Shown: positions 10,542-18,523 of the stretch, one piece after another
Layout of the letters: each line of letters begins with the position of its first letter
Numbering within the stretch: position 1 is the first letter of the stretch
Origin: an uncultured Gemmatimonadales bacterium
GTDB taxonomy: Bacteria > Gemmatimonadota > Gemmatimonadetes > Gemmatimonadales > Gemmatimonadaceae
Reading direction: 5' to 3'
Length of the DNA stretch: 64,000 nucleotides
NCBI GenBank assembly: GCA_963850905.1
Contig: CAWKMU010000004.1
Location: forward strand, 128,001 to 192,000
Notes under the pieces: generated by a model
What the model was told of the DNA's origin: nothing
Database searches by the model: none
Seen by the model: only the letters and a program-made list of their open reading frames with translations
Made by a program: the position numbers and the translations under genes

Positions 10542-11400
10542 CGATGCCCGCCAGCACATTGAGCGACCCGGAGCGAAATCCGGCCAGGTCGACCGCGACT
10601 TGTGTGTATCCGACGGACTCCAGCGCCGCCGCGATCCGCCGACGGCCGGAGGCCGAGAGCCATGCCGACAGGCTGGCGGCGCTCAACTCGACGCGAGCCA
10701 TGTCCCCATAGTCCCGCACACGCAAATCGCCAGACACCCCGATCGATCGCAGGGCGGCCTCCGCCGTCTCCACGCGTCGCAATCGTACGGTCGTGACGGG
10801 CGTCCCGTATGGCAGGCGCGACGACAGACAGGGCGCCGAGGGCTGGTTCCAGGTCGGAAGACCGCGTGCGCGCGAACGCATCCGGATCTCGTCCTTCGTC
10901 AGCCCCACGATCGCGAGCGGCGAGGAGACGCCATGCTCGCGCGCTGCGCGCGAGCCGGGGCGATAGTCCGCAAGATCGTCAGCGTTGGTCCCGTCCACGA
11001 CGACCGCATAGCCGCGCGACTGCGCAAGAGGAACGAGCTTGGACCAGAGCTCGTGCTTGCAGAAATAGCACCGATTCGTGGGATTGGCCGCATACCGCGG
11101 ATCGTCGAGCTCGCCCGTCTCGAGGACGAGCCATGGCAAACGCCATTGGCTCGCGATGTCGCGCGCCAGCGCGCATTGCTCGCTCGAGAGCGATGCGCTG
11201 ACACCAGTCACCGCGAGCACACGGCTCGCACCGAGCGTCTCCAAAGCCACGCATGCCAGATAGGTGGAGTCGACCCCACCACTGAACCCGATCAGCGCAG
11301 AGCCATGCTCGATGAGCCACTGTTGCAGGCTCACCTCTTTCTCGGCGGCGGTGGCCGCGCCGGAAGCGCGCGTGTGGTCGTCAGTCTCGGCGAGTGGCAT
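10531..11400 (-). CDS. larE: LarE-family PP-loop ATP-dependent sulfur transferase
   Basis: FSGGVDS, NRCYFCK, DGTNADD..DYRPG, SAPCLSSRLPYG, GFRSGSLN; GGAGG SD upstream. Confidence 0.92.
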   Translation of the reverse strand: MPLAETDDHTRASGAATAAEKEVSLQQWLIEHGSALIGFSGGVDSTYLACVALETLGASRVLAVTGVSASLSSEQCALARDIASQWRLPWLVLETGELDDPRYAANPTNRCYFCKHELWSKLVPLAQSRGYAVVVDGTNADDLADYRPGSRAAREHGVSSPLAIVGLTKDEIRMRSRARGLPTWNQPSAPCLSSRLPYGTPVTTVRLRRVETAEAALRSIGVSGDLRVRDYGDMARVELSAASLSAWLSASGRRRIAAALESVGYTQVAVDLAGFRSGSLNVLAGIDAA

Positions 11401-11430
11401 TTGATCCCTCCGTATGATCGCCGACGGGGA

Positions 11431-13005
11431 TCAAGCCGCGCCAGCCCCGGCGGACCCCCTGGGCGTGGGCGCCGCGAAACCCGCAACCACGGGCCGATAG
11501 CGGAGCGCCTCGCCGACCGCAACCACGCTCACCGCGTCGTCGCCAGCCAAGTCGGCGATCGTCCGGGCCACCTTGAGCACGCGATGATAGCCGCGCGCCG
11601 AAAGCGAGAGACGCTCCGCCGCCTCATGCAGGAGGTTGTGGCCCTCCGTCGTGATGGCACTGTGCGACTCGAGCCAGCGGCCGCTCGCGTGCGCGTTGCA
11701 GGTGACTCCCGAGCCGGCGGCTCCGCTCGCGAACCGATGCAGCTGCCGCACACGGGCGCGCTGGACCCGCTCGCGCATCTGGGCCGACGTCACCTCCGGC
11801 GCGCGCGCTGCCAGGGCGCGGAGCGGGACGGCGCCGACGGTCACATGCACATCGATGCGATCGGCGAGGGGTCCCGAGAGACGCGATCGGTACCTCACGA
11901 CTGCACTCTCGGGACACGTGCAGTGCGCTCGAGGATCGCCGGCGCGGCCGCAGGGGCATGGGTTGGTCGCGGCGACGAGGGTGAACCGAGCCGGATACAC
12001 CACGGCGGTGCGCGCGCGGGCGATCACGACACGCCCATCCTCCAAGGGCTGACGCAGCCCGTCGAGGACCGTGCGCGGGAATTCGAGAAACTCATCCAGG
12101 AACAGGACGCCTCGATGCGCGAGGCTCACCTCGCCGGGTCGCGGATTGCTGCCGCCGCCCAGGAGTCCAGCGGAAGAGACGGTGTGGTGCGGCGAACGAA
12201 AGGGACGTGGCGGAGGCACCGGGTCGTCACCGCAGATCAGGCCTGCGACCGACCGTACAGCGATCACTTCGAGCGCCTCTTCTTCAGTCAGGGGCGGCAG
12301 AATGGTCGGGAGACGCCGAGCGAGCATGGTCTTCCCCGCCCCAGGTGGTCCGACGAGTAGGACGTTGTGCGCACCGGCGGCCGCCACCTCGAGCGCGCGC
12401 TTTGCGGCGCTTTGCCCGACGACGTCGGCGAAGTCCACGTCGGAGGCGCTACTCGGCCTGTCCTCAGGCGGCAGGCGCTCGGCCAGTGGCAACACCCCGC
12501 GCCGAAGGGCATCGACGAGGGTGCGGAGCGTGAGAGGCGCGACCAGTCGGACGCGCGACACCAGTCCGGCTTCTACGACATTCTCGAAGGGCAGCACCAG
12601 CGTACGAGCGCCCTCGCGCGCCACGTGTCTGGCGAGAGGGAGCGCGCCGCGAATTGGGCGGATGGACCCGTCCAGCCCCAGCTCGCCAACTATGGTGAGC
12701 GTGTCTGCGCCGGCCAGCGTCAGTTGGCCCGTCGCCATCAGCAGAGCGAGCGCGATCGGCAGGTCGAACGCCGTCCCGTTCTTCGGCGTATCAGCCGGTG
12801 CCAAGTTTACCGTAACTCGCCGGGGTGGCAGGGCGAAGCCGGCATTGAGGACGGCGGCCGTCACCCGCTCACGGCTCTCCCGCACCGCATGCGCGGCAAG
12901 ACCAACGATCGTCCACGTTGGCAGTCCGAGCGCGGCATCGACTTCGACAGTCACGTCGTACGCGTCGATCCCGAGCACTGCCGCAGAGCGTACGGCGGCC
13001 AGCAT
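11431..13005 (-). CDS. comM: YifB/ComM family Mg-chelatase-like AAA+ ATPase
   Basis: VRESRERV, VNLAPAD, FDLPIA, GPPGAGKTM, PFRSPHH, GEVSLAHRGVLFLDE, LSARGYHRVLKVARTIADL. Confidence 0.97.
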   Translation of the reverse strand: MLAAVRSAAVLGIDAYDVTVEVDAALGLPTWTIVGLAAHAVRESRERVTAAVLNAGFALPPRRVTVNLAPADTPKNGTAFDLPIALALLMATGQLTLAGADTLTIVGELGLDGSIRPIRGALPLARHVAREGARTLVLPFENVVEAGLVSRVRLVAPLTLRTLVDALRRGVLPLAERLPPEDRPSSASDVDFADVVGQSAAKRALEVAAAGAHNVLLVGPPGAGKTMLARRLPTILPPLTEEEALEVIAVRSVAGLICGDDPVPPPRPFRSPHHTVSSAGLLGGGSNPRPGEVSLAHRGVLFLDEFLEFPRTVLDGLRQPLEDGRVVIARARTAVVYPARFTLVAATNPCPCGRAGDPRAHCTCPESAVVRYRSRLSGPLADRIDVHVTVGAVPLRALAARAPEVTSAQMRERVQRARVRQLHRFASGAAGSGVTCNAHASGRWLESHSAITTEGHNLLHEAAERLSLSARGYHRVLKVARTIADLAGDDAVSVVAVGEALRYRPVVAGFAAPTPRGSAGAGAA

Positions 13006-13232
13006 GGAGTGATTGATAGCGACGCGCCGTCAGCGCGCCGTCACCGGCCCCTTCGTGGCGAAGCCGCCGTTCACGTGCCGCGTGCAACCAACGGTGACGG
13101 CGCGCGCACGGCCGGGACGGGCGGGCCGAACATCAGACGCCGCCACCATCCGGCTCGCCGCTCGGCTCGTGTCACGGTTCGGATCATCGTGTGCCAGCCG
13201 CGCCGCATCGCGGCCGCGTCGGCAAACCGCGC
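12910..13232. repeat. Direct repeat copy A (3' end of kinase gene, spacer, first ~32 codons of comM)
   Basis: Matches 16596-16918 at offset 3686; ~15 mismatches by hand count. Confidence 0.97.
13071..13232 (-). pseudogene. Orphan 3' fragment of the Ser/Thr kinase gene
   Basis: Encodes ARFADAAAMRRGWHTMIRTVTRAERRAGWWRRLMFG...ARGT*, near-identical to the C-terminus of 16757..18523. Confidence 0.9.
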
Positions 13233-13314
13233 GTTTCTACTGGTCTACTCTTGGTCTACTCTCTGAGCGCGCAGCACCCGCCCCCTCCTAGGGTTACCCA
13301 TCTATGCCGAACGC

Positions 13315-15321
13315 CTATTCGCGACCCACCATCGTCGTCGACAAAGTCAATGCTCCCGAGACACTGTGCCCCGGTTCCGTCACTCCCACAGCGACTAACG
13401 ACCAGATAACGGAATGGGGCGTTCCGGAGCTGTTGCCTTCTGGATCTGGCATCGCGGTAAATGATTTTGGAGTTCCAGGGCTATCGCTCTCCGGGTTCGG
13501 CATCGCGGTGAACGAACGCGGGCCACCTGAAGAATCCCCATCTGGGTTGGGCATGTAAGAATTCGAGCGGGGTCCGCCCGAAGAGTCTCCATCGGGGTCG
13601 GGCATACTGGAACTTGAGCGAGGTCCGCCTGAGGAGTCGCTATCCGGGTTCGGCATCCCGCCACCCGAACCCTGCGGCCCCCCGCTGCCGCCCGAGCCAC
13701 CACTGCCCTCAGTTCCACCGCTGCCCTCAGTTCCACCGCTGCCCTCAGTTCCACCGCTGCCCTCGGTTCCACCACTACCCTCACTTCCTCCGCTGCCGTC
13801 CGTGCCACCGCCGCCCTGAGTGCCACCGCCTGAGGAGCCCCCGCTCGCGGATCCGCTACTGACTGGCAAATCGGAGCTGTTGCTCGCGCCGCACACAAAA
13901 ACGTGCATGACGCCGTCAGCATCGAGATAGTTAGCGGCGCAGCCCGTCACGGAGTTATCCGTTGATTGCGGGCCACTACCCTCGCTGCCCCCTCCGGTAG
14001 TCGCACTGCCCGTGCCTTGGGCCGTCCCGCCAGTCTCGTTGCCTCCTTCGGTACCAGCGCCGCCGCCTGCCTCCGTCCCGCCGCTACCGGCTCCTCCACC
14101 CCCCTCGGTTCCGCTACCGCCAGTCCCAGCGCCACCCGATCCTGATCCGCCCGTACCGCCTTCGTCAGTACCGCCGCCTCCACCTCCACCCCCTTCGGTG
14201 CTCCCGCCCGTCGGAACGGTTGGCCCCGTCTCGGTTGGCCCGTCTCCGACCACCGTGCCGACCTGTCCTCCCTGAAAGTCGCTGCCGCCCTCCGGCCCGA
14301 TTCCCGGGCTGCTTCCCCCTCGCGAGCCGCCACCAAGTCCGGTGGCTCCGCCGGAACCAGTGCCGCCGCCCGAGGTCGAGCCGCCGCCAGTCCCGGTACC
14401 ACCACCGGGGACATTGCCCCCGGGCGATTTCGCGGTGCCGCCGCCGAGACCGACGGTGGATCCGCCGGGCAGCCCGCCGCCGGCAGATCCGGTCGGTCCA
14501 GGCCTTCCCCGGGTTCCTGATGTGCCGATTCCGCCCAAAGTGGTGGGCTGGTTGGCTTGCGGTGCGCCTACGGCTCCGCCGAAGATCGGGCCGTCCGGAG
14601 TGCCGAGTTTCTTGATGATCTCGTCGATCGCGTCGTTATCCTCTTTCAGATTCCACAACGTTTCCGCCACTAGCGCTAGCACGAGGATGTCACTGGCGTA
14701 TCCGCCGACTCGTCGCACCGCTTCTTTCGAAAGCACCTTTTCCAGCCACGCCTTCGCTCGTTCAGTTTCCAACAACACCGTCACCGCTACTGCGCCACCA
14801 ACGAGTGAATGCGCAGCCCGCCGAACCTTCAGCTGCTGCAGCTTTGTCAGGAGTTCATCGTTCGCCTCAGCTTGCGCAGTCGCGGTGCTCACCCGAGCAG
14901 ATCCGCTGGGGGCCGGGGGCGGTGGTGGTGGCGCAGCTGCCGCCTGGCCTGCCGCGTGTACCTGCTCGGCCATCTCTAGCGTTAGCGGAAGCGACCGATC
15001 ACGCACCGCGCTCAAAGGAGGCACCGCGATACTAGGAACGGACAGTCGCTTGAAGATCCCGACCGTTCCGGTCCGTGAGATCATGTAGACGTAACTGTCG
15101 ACCGGCGCTCGCTGCGCCGCCAACGGAAACTCCATCGCGAACCGCTGCCCGTCCTGCGCCGTGAATTCGAGCTCGAGTCGGTCTTCCTTGTGCACACGTA
15201 CGGCGGTGGAATACGGACGCTGGGTGCGCATGGCACCTGGGGTGCCCGACACTTTGACGGTTTCCACATCGACCTCGTTCGCGACAGTTGGTTTGCACGG
15301 CGGTTGGCGCGCCGGGAGCAA
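13315..15321 (-). CDS. Gly/Ser/Thr-rich repeat protein of unknown function; may extend to ~15721 through a frameshift
   Basis: 668-aa ORF; hydrophobic helices, long Gly-rich tract, GGTEGS repeats, five 17-aa MP(N/D)P repeats with synonymous variation. Confidence 0.8.
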   Translation of the reverse strand: MLPARQPPCKPTVANEVDVETVKVSGTPGAMRTQRPYSTAVRVHKEDRLELEFTAQDGQRFAMEFPLAAQRAPVDSYVYMISRTGTVGIFKRLSVPSIAVPPLSAVRDRSLPLTLEMAEQVHAAGQAAAAPPPPPPAPSGSARVSTATAQAEANDELLTKLQQLKVRRAAHSLVGGAVAVTVLLETERAKAWLEKVLSKEAVRRVGGYASDILVLALVAETLWNLKEDNDAIDEIIKKLGTPDGPIFGGAVGAPQANQPTTLGGIGTSGTRGRPGPTGSAGGGLPGGSTVGLGGGTAKSPGGNVPGGGTGTGGGSTSGGGTGSGGATGLGGGSRGGSSPGIGPEGGSDFQGGQVGTVVGDGPTETGPTVPTGGSTEGGGGGGGGTDEGGTGGSGSGGAGTGGSGTEGGGGAGSGGTEAGGGAGTEGGNETGGTAQGTGSATTGGGSEGSGPQSTDNSVTGCAANYLDADGVMHVFVCGASNSSDLPVSSGSASGGSSGGGTQGGGGTDGSGGSEGSGGTEGSGGTEGSGGTEGSGGTEGSGGSGGSGGPQGSGGGMPNPDSDSSGGPRSSSSMPDPDGDSSGGPRSNSYMPNPDGDSSGGPRSFTAMPNPESDSPGTPKSFTAMPDPEGNSSGTPHSVIWSLVAVGVTEPGHSVSGALTLSTTMVGRE
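13402..13656 (-). repeat. Five 51-nt coding tandem repeats, MP(N/D)P(D/E)xxSxGxP(R/K/H)Sxxx
   Basis: ATG codons starting at 13656, 13605, 13554, 13503, 13452 (exact 51-nt period). Confidence 0.95.
13703..13783 (-). repeat. 18-nt coding tandem repeat (GGTEGS)n
   Basis: ctgccctcagttccaccg repeated about 4 times. Confidence 0.9.
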
Positions 15322-15382
15322 TCGCTCTACAGCACTATAGGCGATCCCGGCACGACGGCCAATGGCGACGTCGCTTCGGATA

Positions 15383-15721
15383 TCACCCCACCGACCTCAT
15401 CAAGACGCGCGCTGGCGCAGCTACATCGCCTCCTGCGAGACGCTCAACGGACGCTGAGCGGACCGCCATGCAATCGCCGTCCGGCCGGACGGTAGCGCTA
15501 TCCACTCGGAATTTGTCCTTGCGCGGGCGACCGGCAAGCCGATCGAATGTGACAAAGTCGTTGTCGATACGCTTAGCCGGCGCCTCTCGCACGCCCCCTA
15601 GACTCAGAACTGCGACTCGTGGGCCGCGAGATAGCGCCGAACGTCCGACTGCCTGTATCGACTCTCGCCCCCCAGCGCTCACGCTTCGAATTCCCAAGTG
15701 CCGGATGATCGTCTTCGACAC
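15383..15721 (-). CDS. Hypothetical ORF, possibly the N-terminal part of the Gly-rich protein
   Basis: 112-aa ORF; the frame of 13315..15321 is open back to ~15397, overlapping its end. Confidence 0.4.
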   Translation of the reverse strand: MSKTIIRHLGIRSVSAGGRESIQAVGRSALSRGPRVAVLSLGGVREAPAKRIDNDFVTFDRLAGRPRKDKFRVDSATVRPDGDCMAVRSASVERLAGGDVAAPARVLMRSVG

Positions 15722-16571
15722 GCGCAGGATTGACGTGACCCCGTGCGGTGAGAGCAGCGGCTCGATATACCAGTCGGTACCTCCGCGCGCGCGTGTTTAG
15801 TAGTGATGGGGCTGCAGTGATAGTGCCCCGCGGCCTCGTGGCCAGGAATGCGCGCTGTAACGTGTTGCGATTGTTTAACGAAGCAATGTGTGCGTGTTGA
15901 CGAATCGCGCAACTTGAACTGCGTTTCGCAGCACAAATCGCATACCAACTCGCCCGGCAAAAGGCCCCCATTGAGTTCCTAGGGTCTCCGTCAGCGGTAC
16001 CGCGGCCAATCACACGGACATAGGTTCGGTTTTTACATACGCCCATCACACGCAACCGGTCTCTAATTTCTATGGACTCGGGCAACGGGTCTCAGATCCT
16101 TTCTAGGAGCCTCCTCCGGTACACCCTGCGTCGCCTATGAGGCAACCAGGTGTTGACCATATCAACAATGGTGACGACGTGCGCGAATAGTACGACCGGG
16201 CAGGACACTCTCGGACGCCCATTTTGTTAGAGCAGCGTTACAGCCCCCAGGCCACCACGCGGCACACACGCACCGCCCCCGTCGTTGCTAATCGTCGCAC
16301 GATTGATCACCCACCTCGCGCTGGGGGTCACAGCGCCTCATACCTCATCTTACGATCGACCTTCGCCGATCGTGAATATCGCGAGGATAGCAGTCGCGCG
16401 GGTCGTCTCTGACGAGGGCTCGCGACTTTTGCTGTTCTCGGCCATGCCGTTGGGCCCGCGCATATTCTCGCGGAGGGCTGGTACCGCGGCATCCCAATCC
16501 CGTAGGCAACAGCTTAAAGGTGCGCTGCGCGGCGCTGCGGTCCCAGCTTTCGGGCCGCGGACTCGTTCTGC

Positions 16572-16691
16572 TCAGGCCTCGGGGTGGTCAAGCGCCGTCC
16601 ACGTTGGCAGTCCGAGCGCGGCGTCGACTTCGACAGTCACGTCGTACGCGTCGATCCCGAGCACGGCCGCGGAGCGCACGGCGGCCAGCAT
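16572..16691 (-). pseudogene. Truncated 5' fragment of comM (MLAAVRSAAVLGIDAYDVTVEVDAALGLPTWT, then ALDHPEA*)
   Basis: Peptide identical to comM N-terminus for 32 codons, then diverges into island sequence. Confidence 0.92.
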
Positions 16692-16918
16692 GGAGTGATT
16701 GATAGGGACGCGCCGTCAGCGCGCCGTCACGGGCCCCTTCGAGGCGAAGCCGCCGTTCACGTGCCGCGTGCAACCAAAGGGGACGGCGCGCGCACGGCCG
16801 GGACGGGCGGGCCGAACATCAGACGCCGCCACCAACCGGCTCGCCGCTCGGCTCGCGTGACGGTTCGGATCATCGCGTGCCATCCGCGCCGCATCGCGGT
16901 CGCGTCGGCAAACCGCGC
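16596..16918. repeat. Direct repeat copy B
   Basis: Matches 12910-13232. Confidence 0.97.
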
Positions 16919-18523
16919 CTCGGGAGCGACAGCCAACCCCTGACGCAACCAATCCGCCAATGCTTCGTGATAGGTATCGAACTCCAGCTCGCCCCCGAGC
17001 TGTCGCGCGATGATCGCGCGCGCATCACCATCGCCGAAGGGCGGATGGCCCGAGAGCACGTACGCCACGATGGCCGCCATCGCGAAACAGTCGACACTCG
17101 GCCCCTGCGGCTCGCCCAGGAGCTGCTCGGGCGCGGCGAAGGCAGGCGTGCCAGTCGGGCCGCCAGGCGTCTCACCCGGTATGAAGGCGACACCGAAATC
17201 ACTAATGCGCCACCGGCGATAGCGGTCGATCAGAATGTTCTCCGGCTTGAGATCTCGATGCACAATGCCGCTCGCGTGTGCCGCGCTCAGTCCATCCAGG
17301 ATGAGATCGACCTGCGGTCCAATCTCGACCAAGGGCCTCGGGCCGCTGCGCACGACGAGATCGGCTACCGAGCCGCCCTCGGCGAGCTCCATGGTGTACC
17401 AGGCCACCGGGCCACGCCGGTCCCAATCGTAAATCGGCACGATCGCGGGATGAGCGAGCTGCGCGGCCAATTGCGCCTCGCGGCGGAAGCGCGCGACAGC
17501 CGCGTCGTCACGCGCGACCTGAGGGTGCAACATCTTGAGTGCCACTTCGCGCTCGAGTGACAGGTCACGAACGCGCCAGACAGACCCGAACGTGCCGGTC
17601 CCGAGCGGCGACAGCACCTCGTAGTCATCACCCAGCGCCCACCGCAGACGTTGCTCACTCCCCAGCGTCTCGACGTCGCTGTCCTCGACATCGCCCAGCG
17701 CCTGGCTGGCACGGGGCGAGGTCACGCGCTCCAGCGCGCGGAGCAATGTGCTGATCGAGGGGAAACGGGCCGCGGGGGATGGCTGTAGTGCGCGATCGAC
17801 CACGTCGGCGAGCGCCTGCGGGCAATCGGGCCGCACCCAGCGGATCGGCGGCACGTCCCGGGCCGGTGGGAGCTCGCCCGTCAGCAGCGCGAAGCACAGC
17901 GCGGCGAGCTGCCACTGATCACTCCTGGCATCCGGCGCCCATCGCCCCGATTCCCACTCCGGCGCCATTGGGAGCCATCGAGGATCCGGCGCGAGCCCGG
18001 GCGGGATGGCGTCGCGCAGCACTGCCCATTGCCACCCTAGGAGCCACAGCCGCCGAGTCGGCGATACCCACACGGTTTCCGGCGCAAATGCGCCGTGGAC
18101 GTAGCCGCTGTCGTGCAGATACGCGAGGGCGCCGCCGGCCGCTCGGAGCACCTGCATGGCAAACGGGGCATCGCCAGCTCCAAGTCGAGCGATGCGCGCG
18201 GCTATCGTTTCACCTTCGATCCACCGACGGAGATAGCCAGGCCCGCGGCGCGTGTCGCGGTTGACCGACCAGAAGTGGTACGTCGTCGGGATCGACGGGT
18301 GGCTCAGATGCGCGAGGTGCCGCGCCTCCGCGGCGAGCCACCCCGCGTGCTCAGGATTGGGCGCCGTGATGAGCGCCAACGACCGCCCCAGCGCGTCGAT
18401 GACCTCCTGGGCGTGTCGATAATCGCTCGCGACACCGGTCGCACCCCATCGCCAGTCCGTCGGCAACTGCCACCCGGCCAGGTGGGCGGGAAGGTCACGG
18501 GTCGTCTGGTTGAGACCGTTCAT
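16757..18523 (-). CDS. Hanks-type Ser/Thr protein kinase with a degenerate N-terminal second kinase domain
   Basis: C-terminal domain LGTGTFGSV, VALK, HRDLKPEN, DFG, GTPAFAAPE; N-terminal domain has HGAFAPE, GWQW, MAPE, SDQW. Confidence 0.92.
   Translation of the reverse strand: MNGLNQTTRDLPAHLAGWQLPTDWRWGATGVASDYRHAQEVIDALGRSLALITAPNPEHAGWLAAEARHLAHLSHPSIPTTYHFWSVNRDTRRGPGYLRRWIEGETIAARIARLGAGDAPFAMQVLRAAGGALAYLHDSGYVHGAFAPETVWVSPTRRLWLLGWQWAVLRDAIPPGLAPDPRWLPMAPEWESGRWAPDARSDQWQLAALCFALLTGELPPARDVPPIRWVRPDCPQALADVVDRALQPSPAARFPSISTLLRALERVTSPRASQALGDVEDSDVETLGSEQRLRWALGDDYEVLSPLGTGTFGSVWRVRDLSLEREVALKMLHPQVARDDAAVARFRREAQLAAQLAHPAIVPIYDWDRRGPVAWYTMELAEGGSVADLVVRSGPRPLVEIGPQVDLILDGLSAAHASGIVHRDLKPENILIDRYRRWRISDFGVAFIPGETPGGPTGTPAFAAPEQLLGEPQGPSVDCFAMAAIVAYVLSGHPPFGDGDARAIIARQLGGELEFDTYHEALADWLRQGLAVAPEARFADATAMRRGWHAMIRTVTRAERRAGWWRRLMFGPPVPAVRAPSPLVARGT

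Larger units (their letters stand above)
13233..16595. mobile_element. Genomic island or remnant between the direct repeats at comM; no integrase recognisable
   Basis: Bounded by ~323-bp direct repeats; visibly more A/T-rich (especially 15780-16260); TGGTCTACTCT tandem at left end. Confidence 0.8.

Noticed and set aside
13402..13783. Repeat arrays as a CRISPR array
   Set aside because: Periods are multiples of 3 (51 and 18 nt) with codon-position variation, no unique spacers and no cas genes.
16200..16595. Integrase or transposase remnant at the island right end
   Set aside because: The frames I translated show no recognisable recombinase motifs; a profile search would be needed to exclude it.
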